Below, piece by piece: positions 9,372-19,900 of a stretch of 64,000 nucleotides of DNA. The stretch is from contig JAYRXX010000073.1 of the NCBI GenBank assembly GCA_041917295.1, positions 15,244 to 79,243 on the forward strand, given 5' to 3'. Source of the stretch: Elusimicrobiota bacterium. Lineage in GTDB: Bacteria > Elusimicrobiota > Elusimicrobia > FEN-1173. A model generated the notes under the pieces. That model made no database searches. It was not told the DNA's origin and saw only the letters and a list, made by a program, of their open reading frames with translations. A program made the position numbers and the translations under genes. Positions within the stretch are counted from its first letter, which is position 1; each line of letters opens with the position of its first letter.

Positions 9372-12278
9372 TCACGGCAAAACGCGGACCTCCCCCCAGG
9401 CGGGGTGGGTGGGATCGATCTCGCGGGCCTTTCGAAACTGTTCCTCCGCGTGATCGCTCTTGCCCGCATCGCGATAGTAAAATCCCAGATTCAACCGCGG
9501 GGTCACGTATGTCGGATCCAATTCAATGGCCCGGAGAAAGTGCCTCTCGGCCGCGTCTCCCTGTCCGACCGCCAGATAGAGAGTCGCTATGTTGTTGTGG
9601 GATTTGGCCGAATCCGGGTTGTAAACCAAGGCTTGCTGATACTGTTCGATGGCCGCGTCCCACTTTTTTTCCCGCCGAAACCGTTCCCCTTTTTCTCGAA
9701 ACAAATAGTCCAACAGGGTTTTGGGCCCCCGGCCCTGGGGATTCATCGCCAGCGATTTTTGATACAAGTTCATGGCCGCGTCCCGGGCCCCGTTTAATTG
9801 GGCCAGCTGGCCTTCCAGCAACGGGCCGGTGGCCTCGTAAAGGGCTTTCAGGGCGGATTCCATCGACGGTCGATCCGCCGCCGTGTTTTCTCCAAAAACC
9901 AACCGGGGCGCGACGGGCGTCCGACGTTCAACCACGTCCCGAAAGTTCAACATCCAAGATCCCTCGCGGCCGATGTGGCGCAGACGGGGAACACTATATT
10001 CAATCAGGGGAGTGCGGTCGGTGTTCAAAGGCCCGTCTCGTCCGGCGAAATCCAGCAGGTCTTCTTCCGCCATCAGAAAACAGTTCAACACGTCCAGCGG
10101 GCTTTCGATCCCGATCAAACGCAAGTCGTCCGCCACCGCCGGCGCGCGAGATCCCTGCACCCATCGATCGACCGGTATGGAGAACGGCTCGGACGATCCC
10201 ACCAAAATGGTGTAGGGATTGACGTTGGTGTTCACGTACCACAAGCTGGCGTGGGGAAACACGGCCGCAAACGATCGAAGGATGAGGCGGTAATCGTCCT
10301 GGGACAAACTGTAGAGCGGAAACCAAAACGACATCATCCCGCCGGGGTTCAACCCCTCTTTGCATTTTTGAAAATAGTCCACCGAATACAAAGCGCCGTT
10401 GCCCGCGTAAGTCGGGTGAATGGAATCCGACATAATCAGGTCGTATTTTCGATTCATTTTTTTTACGTAGTTGACGGCGTCGTCGTGAATAATTTTAAGC
10501 CGAGGCTCGCGGAGGATGTCGTGGTTCTGGTCCCGAAAAAAAGGCGCGGCGTCCATCACGGAATCGCAGATTTCCACGCAATGGATTTCCTCCACGTCCC
10601 GATGGCGGGCGATGGAATACAACGATCCGCCCGATCCGAACCCCACCTGCAAAACGCTCCGGGGCGATCCGAACAACAGGAGGGGCAGATGGGCTTGCAT
10701 CTTTTGGGTGTTTTCGTATTCGTAGGCGGTGCCGGCCACGCTTTTACCGTTGATCTCCAGCAATCGCTCTCCGGTTTTGATTCGGCGGACGGTCACGACG
10801 GCGGCGGGATCTTCCTTGTAAAACAACAGGTCCCGGGCGCCGTAATTTTTTTGCAGGAACGTTGCGGTCGACAAAATCAGCGGTTTTTCCCACGCCAACG
10901 CCCACGCGGCCAGCACGGCGAACACGCCCGCCGCCGCGCCCGCCCAACGCCGGGCGTGGGGGGCCTCGTTTTGGTTCCACGCCAAATACATTCCGATGCC
11001 CACGGGAAGGCCCGCCACCACCAACAGACTTTTTTGAATCCCCAGCAGGGGCAAAAGAACGAACCCCGCCGCCAGCGAACCGGCGATGGCCCCCACGGTG
11101 TTCACCGCGTAGGCGTTTCCCAGGCGCGCGCCGAGAACGGGCCATTCGCGGACGGTCATTTTGACGATCAGGGGAAACGACACGCCCATCAAAAAAGTGG
11201 GGACAAACAAAACAGGCACGGTTGTGGCGAAATAGGACAAACCGAAGGGTGCCCCTTCACCGGCCCACATCGCCCACCGTTCGGCCAAACGCCACCGGTC
11301 CACCCGGTGAAACAGGGGAACCGTCAACGCTCCCCAGGCGCCAATGCCCCACTGGAGAATAGCCAGCTTGAAAGACAACTGGTTTTCCCACCGCAAGAAC
11401 CGCGACCAAACAAATCCGCCCATCCCCAACCCCGCCAAAAACGTGGCCAACATGGCCGAATAGGAATAAACCGTGTTGTCCACAAAAAGGGCCAAGCCCT
11501 TGGTCCACAAAATTTGAAACGCCAAAGAGGCAAAGCCCGTCAGAAAAAAGACCACCATCCAAACCAGTGGAGGCGCCTCTCCGCGGGTCTGATTCAATGA
11601 AAGAGTTGACGGCGGGGTGGGTGCCTGTGTAAACCGGTCCATTCCCAACGCCAGGAGGCCGGCCAGGATGTTGAGGCCCGCCGCCAACAAAACAGTCCGA
11701 TCAAGGCCGTAACGGCCGACCAGGATAAATCCCGCCAGGTAAGCCCCCCCCACGGCGCCCACGATGTTGACGCTGTACAACGATCCCACGTCGGTCCCGA
11801 TCCGATCGGCTCGGCGCGCGATGTGTTTGCTGATGGCCGGAAGAGTGGCGCCCATCAGCGTGGTGGGAACAAGAAGAGGAACAAACGACAAGGCAAACCG
11901 GCTCAACACGCCCACAAGCGGGCTGTTCGGAAATTGGGCATACACGGCGACGTAGATCCATTCCGAGGCCTTGAGAGCCAACGGCACCAGGAGGGCCGAC
12001 AGGGCGATACCGGCTTCCAGCCAGGCGTAAGCCCGCAACGGGTGACGAACCCGGTCGACCCATCGGCCGAACGCCCACCCGCCCAAAGCCAGTCCCGTCA
12101 TGAACGCCGACACCACGACGGCCATGGCGTGGACCGTGGCCCCGAACGCGCTGGCCATCATTCGGATCCACACCACCTCATACATCAGCCCGGCCATGCC
12201 GGAGATAAAAAACAGGCCCATCGCCAACGGCAAAGTGATCGACGTCACGGTCCACCCTCCAAGAAGAAATTGAGCCAT
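9372..12278 (-). CDS. Fusion protein: N-terminal polytopic MFS-like membrane domain, then a spermidine-synthase-like (PABS) methyltransferase-fold domain, then C-terminal TPR repeats
   Basis: About 470 aa of hydrophobic helices. Then VLQVGFGSGGSLYSIARH...IIHDDAVNYV...YDLIMSDSIHP, the PABS signature. Then the C-terminal TPR-like YYRDAGK.../LYLAVGQ... repeats. Confidence 0.8.
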   Translation of the reverse strand: MAQFLLGGWTVTSITLPLAMGLFFISGMAGLMYEVVWIRMMASAFGATVHAMAVVVSAFMTGLALGGWAFGRWVDRVRHPLRAYAWLEAGIALSALLVPLALKASEWIYVAVYAQFPNSPLVGVLSRFALSFVPLLVPTTLMGATLPAISKHIARRADRIGTDVGSLYSVNIVGAVGGAYLAGFILVGRYGLDRTVLLAAGLNILAGLLALGMDRFTQAPTPPSTLSLNQTRGEAPPLVWMVVFFLTGFASLAFQILWTKGLALFVDNTVYSYSAMLATFLAGLGMGGFVWSRFLRWENQLSFKLAILQWGIGAWGALTVPLFHRVDRWRLAERWAMWAGEGAPFGLSYFATTVPVLFVPTFLMGVSFPLIVKMTVREWPVLGARLGNAYAVNTVGAIAGSLAAGFVLLPLLGIQKSLLVVAGLPVGIGMYLAWNQNEAPHARRWAGAAAGVFAVLAAWALAWEKPLILSTATFLQKNYGARDLLFYKEDPAAVVTVRRIKTGERLLEINGKSVAGTAYEYENTQKMQAHLPLLLFGSPRSVLQVGFGSGGSLYSIARHRDVEEIHCVEICDSVMDAAPFFRDQNHDILREPRLKIIHDDAVNYVKKMNRKYDLIMSDSIHPTYAGNGALYSVDYFQKCKEGLNPGGMMSFWFPLYSLSQDDYRLILRSFAAVFPHASLWYVNTNVNPYTILVGSSEPFSIPVDRWVQGSRAPAVADDLRLIGIESPLDVLNCFLMAEEDLLDFAGRDGPLNTDRTPLIEYSVPRLRHIGREGSWMLNFRDVVERRTPVAPRLVFGENTAADRPSMESALKALYEATGPLLEGQLAQLNGARDAAMNLYQKSLAMNPQGRGPKTLLDYLFREKGERFRREKKWDAAIEQYQQALVYNPDSAKSHNNIATLYLAVGQGDAAERHFLRAIELDPTYVTPRLNLGFYYRDAGKSDHAEEQFRKAREIDPTHPAWGEVRVLP

Positions 12279-12367
12279 CGGAATCCTACAAAAAAACCCC
12301 TTGAAAAAAAATCAATCCGGGGATAGGCTTGGACGGCTGTGTTTGACAACGCGCGAAAGGAGATCGT

Positions 12368-12775
12368 ATGGCCCTCATCAATTGGAACCCCAGCTACAGC
12401 GTTAAAATCGGGGAAATCGACACCCAACATCAAAAGTTAATCGCCATGATGAACGACATGAACGAAGCCATGGCCAAAGGAAAAGGCAAAGACGTGGTGG
12501 GGCCGATTATTGACGGGATGATCTCCTACACGAAAGTTCATTTTTCCAAAGAAGAGATGTTGTTTGACAAATACAACTATCCGGACGCGCCCGGACACAA
12601 ACAACAACACGCGGCGTTTGTCAAAAAGGTGACGGAATTTCGGGACAGCTACGAGAAAAATCAACTCAGTCTGACCGTCAACGTCATGAATTTCCTGGCC
12701 GACTGGTGGGTCAACCACATCTGCGGCACCGACCGGAAGTATTCGGATTTTTTCAATAAACTCGGCGTTAAATAG
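12368..12775 (+). CDS. Bacteriohemerythrin (hemerythrin-like metal-binding protein), copy 1
   Basis: 135 aa. WNPSYSVKIGEIDTQHQKL...HF.KEE...H..F...V...NH..GTDRKY gives the full H-H-E-H-H-D iron-ligand pattern. AAAGGAG SD upstream. Confidence 0.9.
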   Translation: MALINWNPSYSVKIGEIDTQHQKLIAMMNDMNEAMAKGKGKDVVGPIIDGMISYTKVHFSKEEMLFDKYNYPDAPGHKQQHAAFVKKVTEFRDSYEKNQLSLTVNVMNFLADWWVNHICGTDRKYSDFFNKLGVK

Positions 12776-12784
12776 GAGAATCCC

Positions 12785-13192
12785 ATGCCCCTCATCCAGT
12801 GGAGCCCCAGCTACAGCGTAAAAATAGGCGAGATCGACACGCAACATCAAAAACTCATCACGATGATCAACGAGTTAAACGACGCCATGCTTAAAGGCAA
12901 GGCCAAAGACATTCTTTCCCCGCTCATCGATGGATTGATTGCCTACACGCAGGTTCACTTCTCCAAAGAAGAAATGCTGTTTGACAAATACAAGTATCCC
13001 GACACGGCCGCCCACAAAGAGGAACACGCCGCGTTTGTTAAAAAGGTGTCGGAATTTCGAGAAGGGTTCAAGAAAGGCAACATGAGCCTGACCATCAACA
13101 TCATGGATTTCTTGAGCAACTGGTTGACCAAACACATCTGCGGAACCGATAAAAAATACTCGGATTTCCTGAACAAAAACGGCGTCAAGTAA
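12785..13192 (+). CDS. Bacteriohemerythrin, copy 2 (tandem paralog)
   Basis: 135 aa, about 70% identical to copy 1, with the same ligand pattern. AGGAG SD. Confidence 0.9.
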   Translation: MPLIQWSPSYSVKIGEIDTQHQKLITMINELNDAMLKGKAKDILSPLIDGLIAYTQVHFSKEEMLFDKYKYPDTAAHKEEHAAFVKKVSEFREGFKKGNMSLTINIMDFLSNWLTKHICGTDKKYSDFLNKNGVK

Positions 13193-15623
13193 GTTTTATC
13201 TTCCAAATCTCCCGGGCGTAATCGCGGATGGAGCGGTCGGACGAAAACCGGCCGGCTCCGGCCACGTTAAGGATTGATTTTTCTCCCCAGAGGGATCGAT
13301 CCGCGTAGGTCCGGTTCACGGCGTCTTGGGCGTCCAGGTACGAAGCGAAATCCGCCAACACCAGGAACGGGTCCCGATACAACAGGGTGTCCACCAAGGG
13401 GCGGAACAGGCCTCGGTCGTTGGGCGATAAAAAGCCCGACGAGACGAAGTCCAACACTTCCGAGAGCCGTGGGTCCGCCTCGTAGAATCGGCGCGGTTCG
13501 TATCCCCCCCGCCACAGGGCGTCCACTTCCGAAACGGTTTTGCCGAACAGGAAGAAATTCGCCGGGCCCACCGCGTCGCGGATTTCCACGTTGGCTCCGT
13601 CCAAGGTGCCGATGGTGAGCGCGCCGTTGAGCGTGAACTTCATGTTGCCGGTGCCCGAGGCTTCTTTTCCCGCGGTGGAGATTTGTTCGGACAACTCCGC
13701 CGCCGGATAAATCACCTCGCCGTGCTTCACGTTGAAGTCGGGGAAAAACACCACCCGATAGGTGTCGCGGGTGGCGGGGTCGCGGTTGACCGCGTCGGCC
13801 ACGGCGTTGATGAACCGGATCATTAATTTCGCCATGAAATAGCCCGGCGCCGCTTTGCCGCCGAACACAAACGTCCGAGGCACCGGCGTCAGGCGGGGAT
13901 TCTCTTTTAAATCCAAATAGCATCGAAGAACGTGAAGCGCGTTCAAGTGTTGGCGTTTGTATTCGTGAATTCGTTTGACCTGAACGTCAAACAAACTATC
14001 GGGGTTGACCACAATGCCCGTGCGGTCCAAAATCAGTCCGGCCAAGCGCCGCTTGTTGTGGGTTTTTACGTCGTTCCAGCGCGCGCGGTACGCGGCATCG
14101 GCGGCAAACGAGGCCAAACGGGGCAATTCCTGCTCCGATCGAAGGATCCACGAATCGCCGATGGCCTCGCTGATTAAGTGGGTCAACCCGGGATTGGCCG
14201 AGGCCACAAACCGCCGGGGCGTCACGCCGTTTGTGACGTTTACAATTTTGTTGGGCATTAAATAATGGAAGTCCCGGAGAACATCTTTTTTTAACAAATC
14301 GGTGTGGAGTTGAGCCACGCCGTTGATGGCCCGGCTTCCCACGGCAGCCAAGTGGGCCATGCGAACATACCGTTCCCCCCCCTCGTCGATCAACGACACC
14401 CGGCGAATCAAATCCGCGTCGCCGGGATGATCCCGGCGAACCTCGTCCAGAAATCGCCGGTTGATTTCGTAAATAATTTCCAGATGCCGTGGCAGGAGGG
14501 ACCCGAACAGGCCCACCGACCATTTCTCAAGGGCTTCCGGCAAGAGGGTATGGTTGGTGTACCCGAACGTTTCCCGAACAATGTTCCAGGATTCCTCCCA
14601 TTCCATGCCGTGGACGTCCACAAACAAACGCATCAGTTCCGCCACGGCCACGCTGGGGTGGGTGTCGTTGAGCTGAACGGCGAACTTTTTGTGAAACTGC
14701 GTGAGCGGGTTTTTGAGGGCCATGTTGACCCGGATTAAATCCTGGAGCGTGCAGGACACGAAAAAATACTGTTGCTCGAGCCGAAGCCGTTTTCCTTCCG
14801 GCGCGTCGTCGTTGGGATAGAGGACTTTGGAAATGTTTTCGGAAGTGATTTTATCGTGCACCGCCCGGTAGTAGTCGCCGCTGTTGAAGGCGGCGAAATC
14901 GAACGATTCCACCGCTTCCGCTTTCCACAAACGCAACAGCGCCGCGCTGGGCGACCGATACCCCGTCATGGGCGTGTCGTAGGCCACTCCGTTGACGACC
15001 CAGTTGGGCACCCACCGGGTGCGCAACCGTCCCGATTCGTTGTGGACGGTTTCGGTGTGGCCGCCGAACCCCACGGTGAACGCGATTTCCGGATGGGGGA
15101 TTTCCCACGGATTTCCGTGTTTAAGCCATTTGTCGGTCACTTCCACCTGGGCGCCGTTGCGAATTTGCTGGTCAAAAATTCCGAACTCGTAGCGGATCCC
15201 GTATCCTTTGGCCGGAATGCCCAACGTGGCCAAAGAATCCAAAAAACACGCCGCCAACCGACCCAACCCGCCGTTGCCCAAACCCGGTTCTTCTTCCTGA
15301 TCCAAGATTTGTTCCAGGTCCAGCCCCAGACCCGCCATGGCCGCCTCCACGGCGGGGCGCAAATTCAAATTCAAGATGTGGTTGCGCAGATGAGGGCCCA
15401 GCAAAAACTCCGCCGACAAATAAGCCACCAACCGGCCGTCGGGTTTTCTTAAACGGCCCATCACGTAATCCATGGACCCATAGACTTTTTCGCGCACGGT
15501 CAAGGCGAGGGCCTGGTACCAATCGTTTTTGGAAGCGTATTCGGGGGTGCGGCCGCTGGTGGTGCGCAGGTTGCGCACAAGGATTTCCTTAATATCGTCG
15601 TGGGGCGAATCGTGAGTTGTCAT
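13185..15623 (-). CDS. glgP: Glycogen/alpha-glucan phosphorylase
   Basis: GNGGLGRLAACFLDS and EASGTGNMKFTLNGALTIGTLDGANVEI (PLP-lysine region). AGGAG SD. Confidence 0.93.
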   Translation of the reverse strand: MTTHDSPHDDIKEILVRNLRTTSGRTPEYASKNDWYQALALTVREKVYGSMDYVMGRLRKPDGRLVAYLSAEFLLGPHLRNHILNLNLRPAVEAAMAGLGLDLEQILDQEEEPGLGNGGLGRLAACFLDSLATLGIPAKGYGIRYEFGIFDQQIRNGAQVEVTDKWLKHGNPWEIPHPEIAFTVGFGGHTETVHNESGRLRTRWVPNWVVNGVAYDTPMTGYRSPSAALLRLWKAEAVESFDFAAFNSGDYYRAVHDKITSENISKVLYPNDDAPEGKRLRLEQQYFFVSCTLQDLIRVNMALKNPLTQFHKKFAVQLNDTHPSVAVAELMRLFVDVHGMEWEESWNIVRETFGYTNHTLLPEALEKWSVGLFGSLLPRHLEIIYEINRRFLDEVRRDHPGDADLIRRVSLIDEGGERYVRMAHLAAVGSRAINGVAQLHTDLLKKDVLRDFHYLMPNKIVNVTNGVTPRRFVASANPGLTHLISEAIGDSWILRSEQELPRLASFAADAAYRARWNDVKTHNKRRLAGLILDRTGIVVNPDSLFDVQVKRIHEYKRQHLNALHVLRCYLDLKENPRLTPVPRTFVFGGKAAPGYFMAKLMIRFINAVADAVNRDPATRDTYRVVFFPDFNVKHGEVIYPAAELSEQISTAGKEASGTGNMKFTLNGALTIGTLDGANVEIRDAVGPANFFLFGKTVSEVDALWRGGYEPRRFYEADPRLSEVLDFVSSGFLSPNDRGLFRPLVDTLLYRDPFLVLADFASYLDAQDAVNRTYADRSLWGEKSILNVAGAGRFSSDRSIRDYAREIWKIKLT

Positions 15624-15674
15624 GGTGTCGTCTCCTGTTCGGCTCTGTCAGTTATCGGAAAATCATTGATTTTC

Positions 15675-15703
15675 TTGACAGGTCAACGGCTCCTCCCTAT
15701 AAT
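15675..15703 (+). promoter_or_regulatory. Consensus sigma70-type promoter (TTGACA-17nt-TATAAT) abutting the M23 peptidase ATG
   Basis: TTGACA at 15675-15680, a 17-nt spacer, TATAAT at 15698-15703, ATG at 15710. Confidence 0.6.
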
Positions 15704-15709
15704 TTCCCG

Positions 15710-16972
15710 ATGCGCAGACGATGGCGACGGCTCCGGATGAACACCGGCGATGTTCCGCCCCCTTCGACCCGATGGGGGGTGTGGGCCATCGCCACGCTGG
15801 CCGTGGGCGGATTTTTCCTGTGGTTTTTTCTTCGCTCCTCCGGTCCGGACACGGGCTTCGGGGAACGTCCGACCGCGTCGGCGGACGCGGTGCGGTTCGT
15901 TGTCACCGCGGGGTCCTTTACCCAGGGGACCCGCCTCTTCAACGTTCTCCACGGGGCGTCCATCGACCCCAAACTGTCCCAAACCATCGTACAAACCTTA
16001 TCAAAACTATTGGACCCGCGCTCCCTCAACGAATCCGACCGATACGAAGTCCGCCACAGCACCTCGGGGGATTTCCGAAGCCTCTCGGTGACACGCAAAC
16101 TGGAACGGTTTGTGGTGGAATCCGCCGATGAGGACAAGGTCTCCGGCTTAACGGCCCGCAAAGAAGCGGTCCCCTTGACCCGATCGGAAAAAACCGCCTC
16201 GGGAACATTGACGGACTCGCTGTGGTCCAGCATGAGAGGGCAGGGGTTGGACCCGGTGGTGATCGTCGAACTTGCGGACATTTTCGCCTGGGACATCGAT
16301 TTTTTAACGGAGACCCGCGTGGGGGACCGATTCGCTCTCACCTGGGAAGAAGAACGAACCCCCGAGGGGCGGCTGGCCACTCTCAAAATTTTGGGGGCCA
16401 TTTACGACGGGAAGTTCACGGGTCGGCACACGGCGACACGGTTTATGGACGACTATTACGCCCACGATGGCGCGTCATTGCGGCGGGCCTTTTTGCACGC
16501 GCCGCTCAATTTTCGCCGCATTTCGTCGGGGTTCACCTCGCGGCGGTTCCACCCCATTTTGCGAAAGTATCGGGCCCATCACGGCACGGATTACGCCGCC
16601 CCGAAAGGCACGCCGGTCGTCACCGTGGGAGACGGGACAGTCTATTTTCGAGGATACGCGGGGGGCCTTGGTAACGTTGTTAAAATCCGCCACAACGGAA
16701 CGTATTCAAGTTACTACGGCCATCTTTCGCGATTTGGCAAAAACATTTCAGCGGGCAGTCGAGTCAGCCAAGGCCAAGTCGTGGGATACGTGGGATCCAC
16801 CGGCCTTTCGACAGGCCCACACCTCCACTTTGAAATGATCAAAAACGGGACCAGCGTCAATTTCTTAACGCTTAAAGTCCCCTCCGTTGGCGGCGTCCCC
16901 CCCGCCCGCCTCCCCGCCTTCGAACAAAAACGCGACAAAATCCTCCCCCCCCTCGAAAAACGCCTCCCCTAA
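15710..16972 (+). CDS. M23 family metallopeptidase (murein endopeptidase-like) with an N-terminal membrane anchor
   Basis: HHGTDYAAP...GNVVKIRH...GSTGLSTGPHLHFE Zn-ligand motifs of LytM/M23. TM helix WGVWAIATLAVGGFFLWFFL. Start placed at the ATG immediately after the promoter. Confidence 0.85.
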   Translation: MRRRWRRLRMNTGDVPPPSTRWGVWAIATLAVGGFFLWFFLRSSGPDTGFGERPTASADAVRFVVTAGSFTQGTRLFNVLHGASIDPKLSQTIVQTLSKLLDPRSLNESDRYEVRHSTSGDFRSLSVTRKLERFVVESADEDKVSGLTARKEAVPLTRSEKTASGTLTDSLWSSMRGQGLDPVVIVELADIFAWDIDFLTETRVGDRFALTWEEERTPEGRLATLKILGAIYDGKFTGRHTATRFMDDYYAHDGASLRRAFLHAPLNFRRISSGFTSRRFHPILRKYRAHHGTDYAAPKGTPVVTVGDGTVYFRGYAGGLGNVVKIRHNGTYSSYYGHLSRFGKNISAGSRVSQGQVVGYVGSTGLSTGPHLHFEMIKNGTSVNFLTLKVPSVGGVPPARLPAFEQKRDKILPPLEKRLP

Positions 16973-19900
16973 AGGCCGGCCAAGGCGTTGACCGTCCCGC
17001 TCGGGGCCGACCGGTTGCCTTCCCCGTCTCCCGCCCTCAATCGAATGTAATAACGAACTCCCGGCCGTAATCCTCCAATATATTTTAAAGTGGGGGACGA
17101 AGCGACCTCCAAGTTTTGGTACCCATTTGCATAGGACGCAAACGTTTGGCTCTCGGAGACGTCCAAGAAATAGCCCGTGACGCCCCGGTTGTCATTGGAT
17201 GCCGACCACACCAGCTTGATCATCCCTTTCACATCCGTCACCGCGGAGAGACCCGAAGGCGCACTGGGAGCTTCCGCGCTGGGTCGGGTGGTTATTGTCA
17301 CAGGTTGGCTATTGGCGGACATATTCCCCGCCGCATCCTTGGCCCTGAGGCGCAAATAGTAATTGCGCGAAGGATTCAGACCTGTTATTCGGTAACCCAG
17401 CCGGTCCTCTTTTTTTAAGTATTGTTGGTCCATTCCCAACAACCGCGTGGCGAACAGTGGATCGGTGGACAAATCAAATTGATAATCCGCAACACCCACA
17501 TTGTCCGTTGATGGGTCCCACTGGAAATAAAATGCGGTGGGCTCCACGCGCAGAATTTGAACATTTCCCGGCACCCCCGGGGCTTGGGTATCCCCCGAAC
17601 TGTTATCCACGACCGCGTTCACCGGGACACTGTGGGCAGAGGTATTCCCATCGCCGTCCCCGGCCCTCATTCGGACATAATACCGAGTTCCGGGTTGAAG
17701 TCCGGTAATCGTCCTCCGCAGGGGCGCCACACCCATGGCAAGATTTTGATACCCAGGCACAAAACTCGTGAACTGAGGACTGACCGAAACATCCAGGTAA
17801 TACACCGTCTGCCCGTAATCGTCGTCTGACTCGTTCCATTGCAATACCAAACCGCGATAAGCGGGCAAGAGGGACAACCCCGTGGGAGCGCTGGGCACAG
17901 AAGCGGTCGGACGCGTCACTGCGCTGGCCACGGAACTGTTCGGTGATGTATTTCCCGCCGCGTCGCGCGCCCGCACACGCAAGTGGTATTTGGTTGACGG
18001 TCGGAGCCCGGTGACCATGGTGGTTTGATTTGCGTCCAACCCCAACGGACGGGCGTTGTAGCCTGGGACCAGGTTCACGAATCCCGAATCCAATGCCACG
18101 TCCAGTAGGTAACCCGTGACGCGCCGATTGTCAAAGGGTTCATACCAACTTACAAAGAGACTGTCCCACTTCCGGTAATGAACATTCACATCTCCTGGCG
18201 CGGCGGGGGCCTGAACGTCCAACAAACCTTTAAAGAAATGGTTTGTTTGGACGTAATCCGATTTGTTTCCCGCTAAATCCCGAGCATAAATTCGAACATA
18301 GCAGGTTTTGTTTACCGGAAGGTTATTAAAAATGTATTGGGTGACGTTTCCAATATTGAATTGGTTTTGGCCTGTGTCCGCTATTGTGGAGAACGTGATG
18401 AGATAAGAATCAACGCCCACGTTATCCGTAGAGGGCGACCACTGCAAGACCGCCGAGGTGGCCGATCGGGGTGTCCAATAAATGTTGGGGGGATTTGTCG
18501 GCGCCTGCATATCGTTTGATGTGGAAACATAGTTGTATGAATAGTCAGAAAAATTACCGTCTATTTCTTCACCTCGCACGCGAAGATGATAGGTCCTGTT
18601 TGGTTCGAGATTTTCCGCATGAATTTCACCCGAGTAAGTTCCAATCGTAAGTTTGGATTTTTGCTTGTCGATTAGGATCTGAAAATTCGGATCAACAGAT
18701 ATGTCATAGTCATACCGTGTGAATGTGGAGTTAAGGGAGAAGTAACCCCAAAAATCGGTTGTTCTGCCCTGACTTGTTAATTGATATATATCGATTGTTG
18801 GAAGGGTTGGAGGGAGAAGCAGAGTAACAGCGCTTTTTACCTCGCTGGGCACGGACCGGTTGCCGAAAAAATCATACGCCGACACCCGTGCGAAATATTC
18901 AGTTCCTGGCTTTAAATGAGTGAAGCGGATTTTATCTTCCGCTCCCACGTCAATTGAGACCATGGGATTAAAACGACTGTTTGTGGATCGGTCAACGATG
19001 TATCCCCGAACGGATTGGTTGTCCGTCGAACGGGACCATCGAAGTTCCATCCCTTTGTTCGACAGAACAGTCAGTGTAAGATTCGTCGGCTCTGTGGGCG
19101 CTTCGTTGTCCGGTGTATCAATATTCAGACTGTTCATCGCATTAACGAGTCCGTATCCAAAATTAGAGTCAAACCCTGTAGAACCAATATCCGTTGATTT
19201 GCCAAGTATCTGGCGGACAATTTGATTGTTGTCAAATGTCGGGTACTTGCTAAGCACCAGGGCCGCAACACCGACAACATGCGGACACGCCATGCTTGTG
19301 CCTTGCAAATGCCCATATCCCCCCGGCACACTCGACCAAATATCAACGCCCGGCGCCGCCACATCAATTTTGTTTCCATAGTTGGAAAAGCTTGCCTTTG
19401 CGTTCAATGAATCTGTTGCCGACACAGCGATGACGTTGGGACATCCAGCGGGAGAAAAATCCGCGACGTCACGATTGGAGTTTCCCGCAGCTGCTACGAC
19501 GAGAACCCCTCGATTGTGCGCGTAGTTGATCGCATCTTTTAATACTGTTATCTCCCCCTGTGTTGTGCTATCACATCGTTGTTCGGCTACCCAGCTATTA
19601 TTGATAATATCCGCGCCATTATCCGTAGCATAAACTAACCCTTTAGCGGCATTTGTGTTATTTCCATTGCCAATGTCATCAAGAAATTTAAGAGCCATTA
19701 TTTTTGCTTTCGGAGCAACGCCGATCACGCCTTTTCCGTTGTTGCCAATCGCGGCGATGGTCCCTGCCACATGAGTTCCGTGATGGTGATCATCCATGGG
19801 ATAATTGTCGTTGTTAACAAAATCCCACCCATTCACGTCGTCCACGTATCCATTACCATCATCATCGATCCCATTTCCGGGGGTTTCCCGTGTGGCCACC

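Noticed and set aside
9798-11600. 600-aa plus-strand ORF antisense to the MFS/spermidine-synthase fusion gene
   Set aside because: Low-complexity Arg/Gly/His-rich translation typical of GC-rich antisense frames. The minus strand has clear domain homology.
12337-12367. TTGACA hexamer 25 nt upstream of hemerythrin copy 1 as a leaderless promoter
   Set aside because: A clear AAAGGAG SD sits between it and the ATG, and no -10 element fits. This gene probably has a conventional leader, with the promoter further upstream or unresolved.
16969-18300. Possibility that the near-identical FN3 repeats form a diversity-generating retroelement variable/template-repeat pair
   Set aside because: No reverse transcriptase or accessory gene nearby. 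The repeats are in-frame protein-domain duplications, not a non-coding template repeat with adenine-specific differences.
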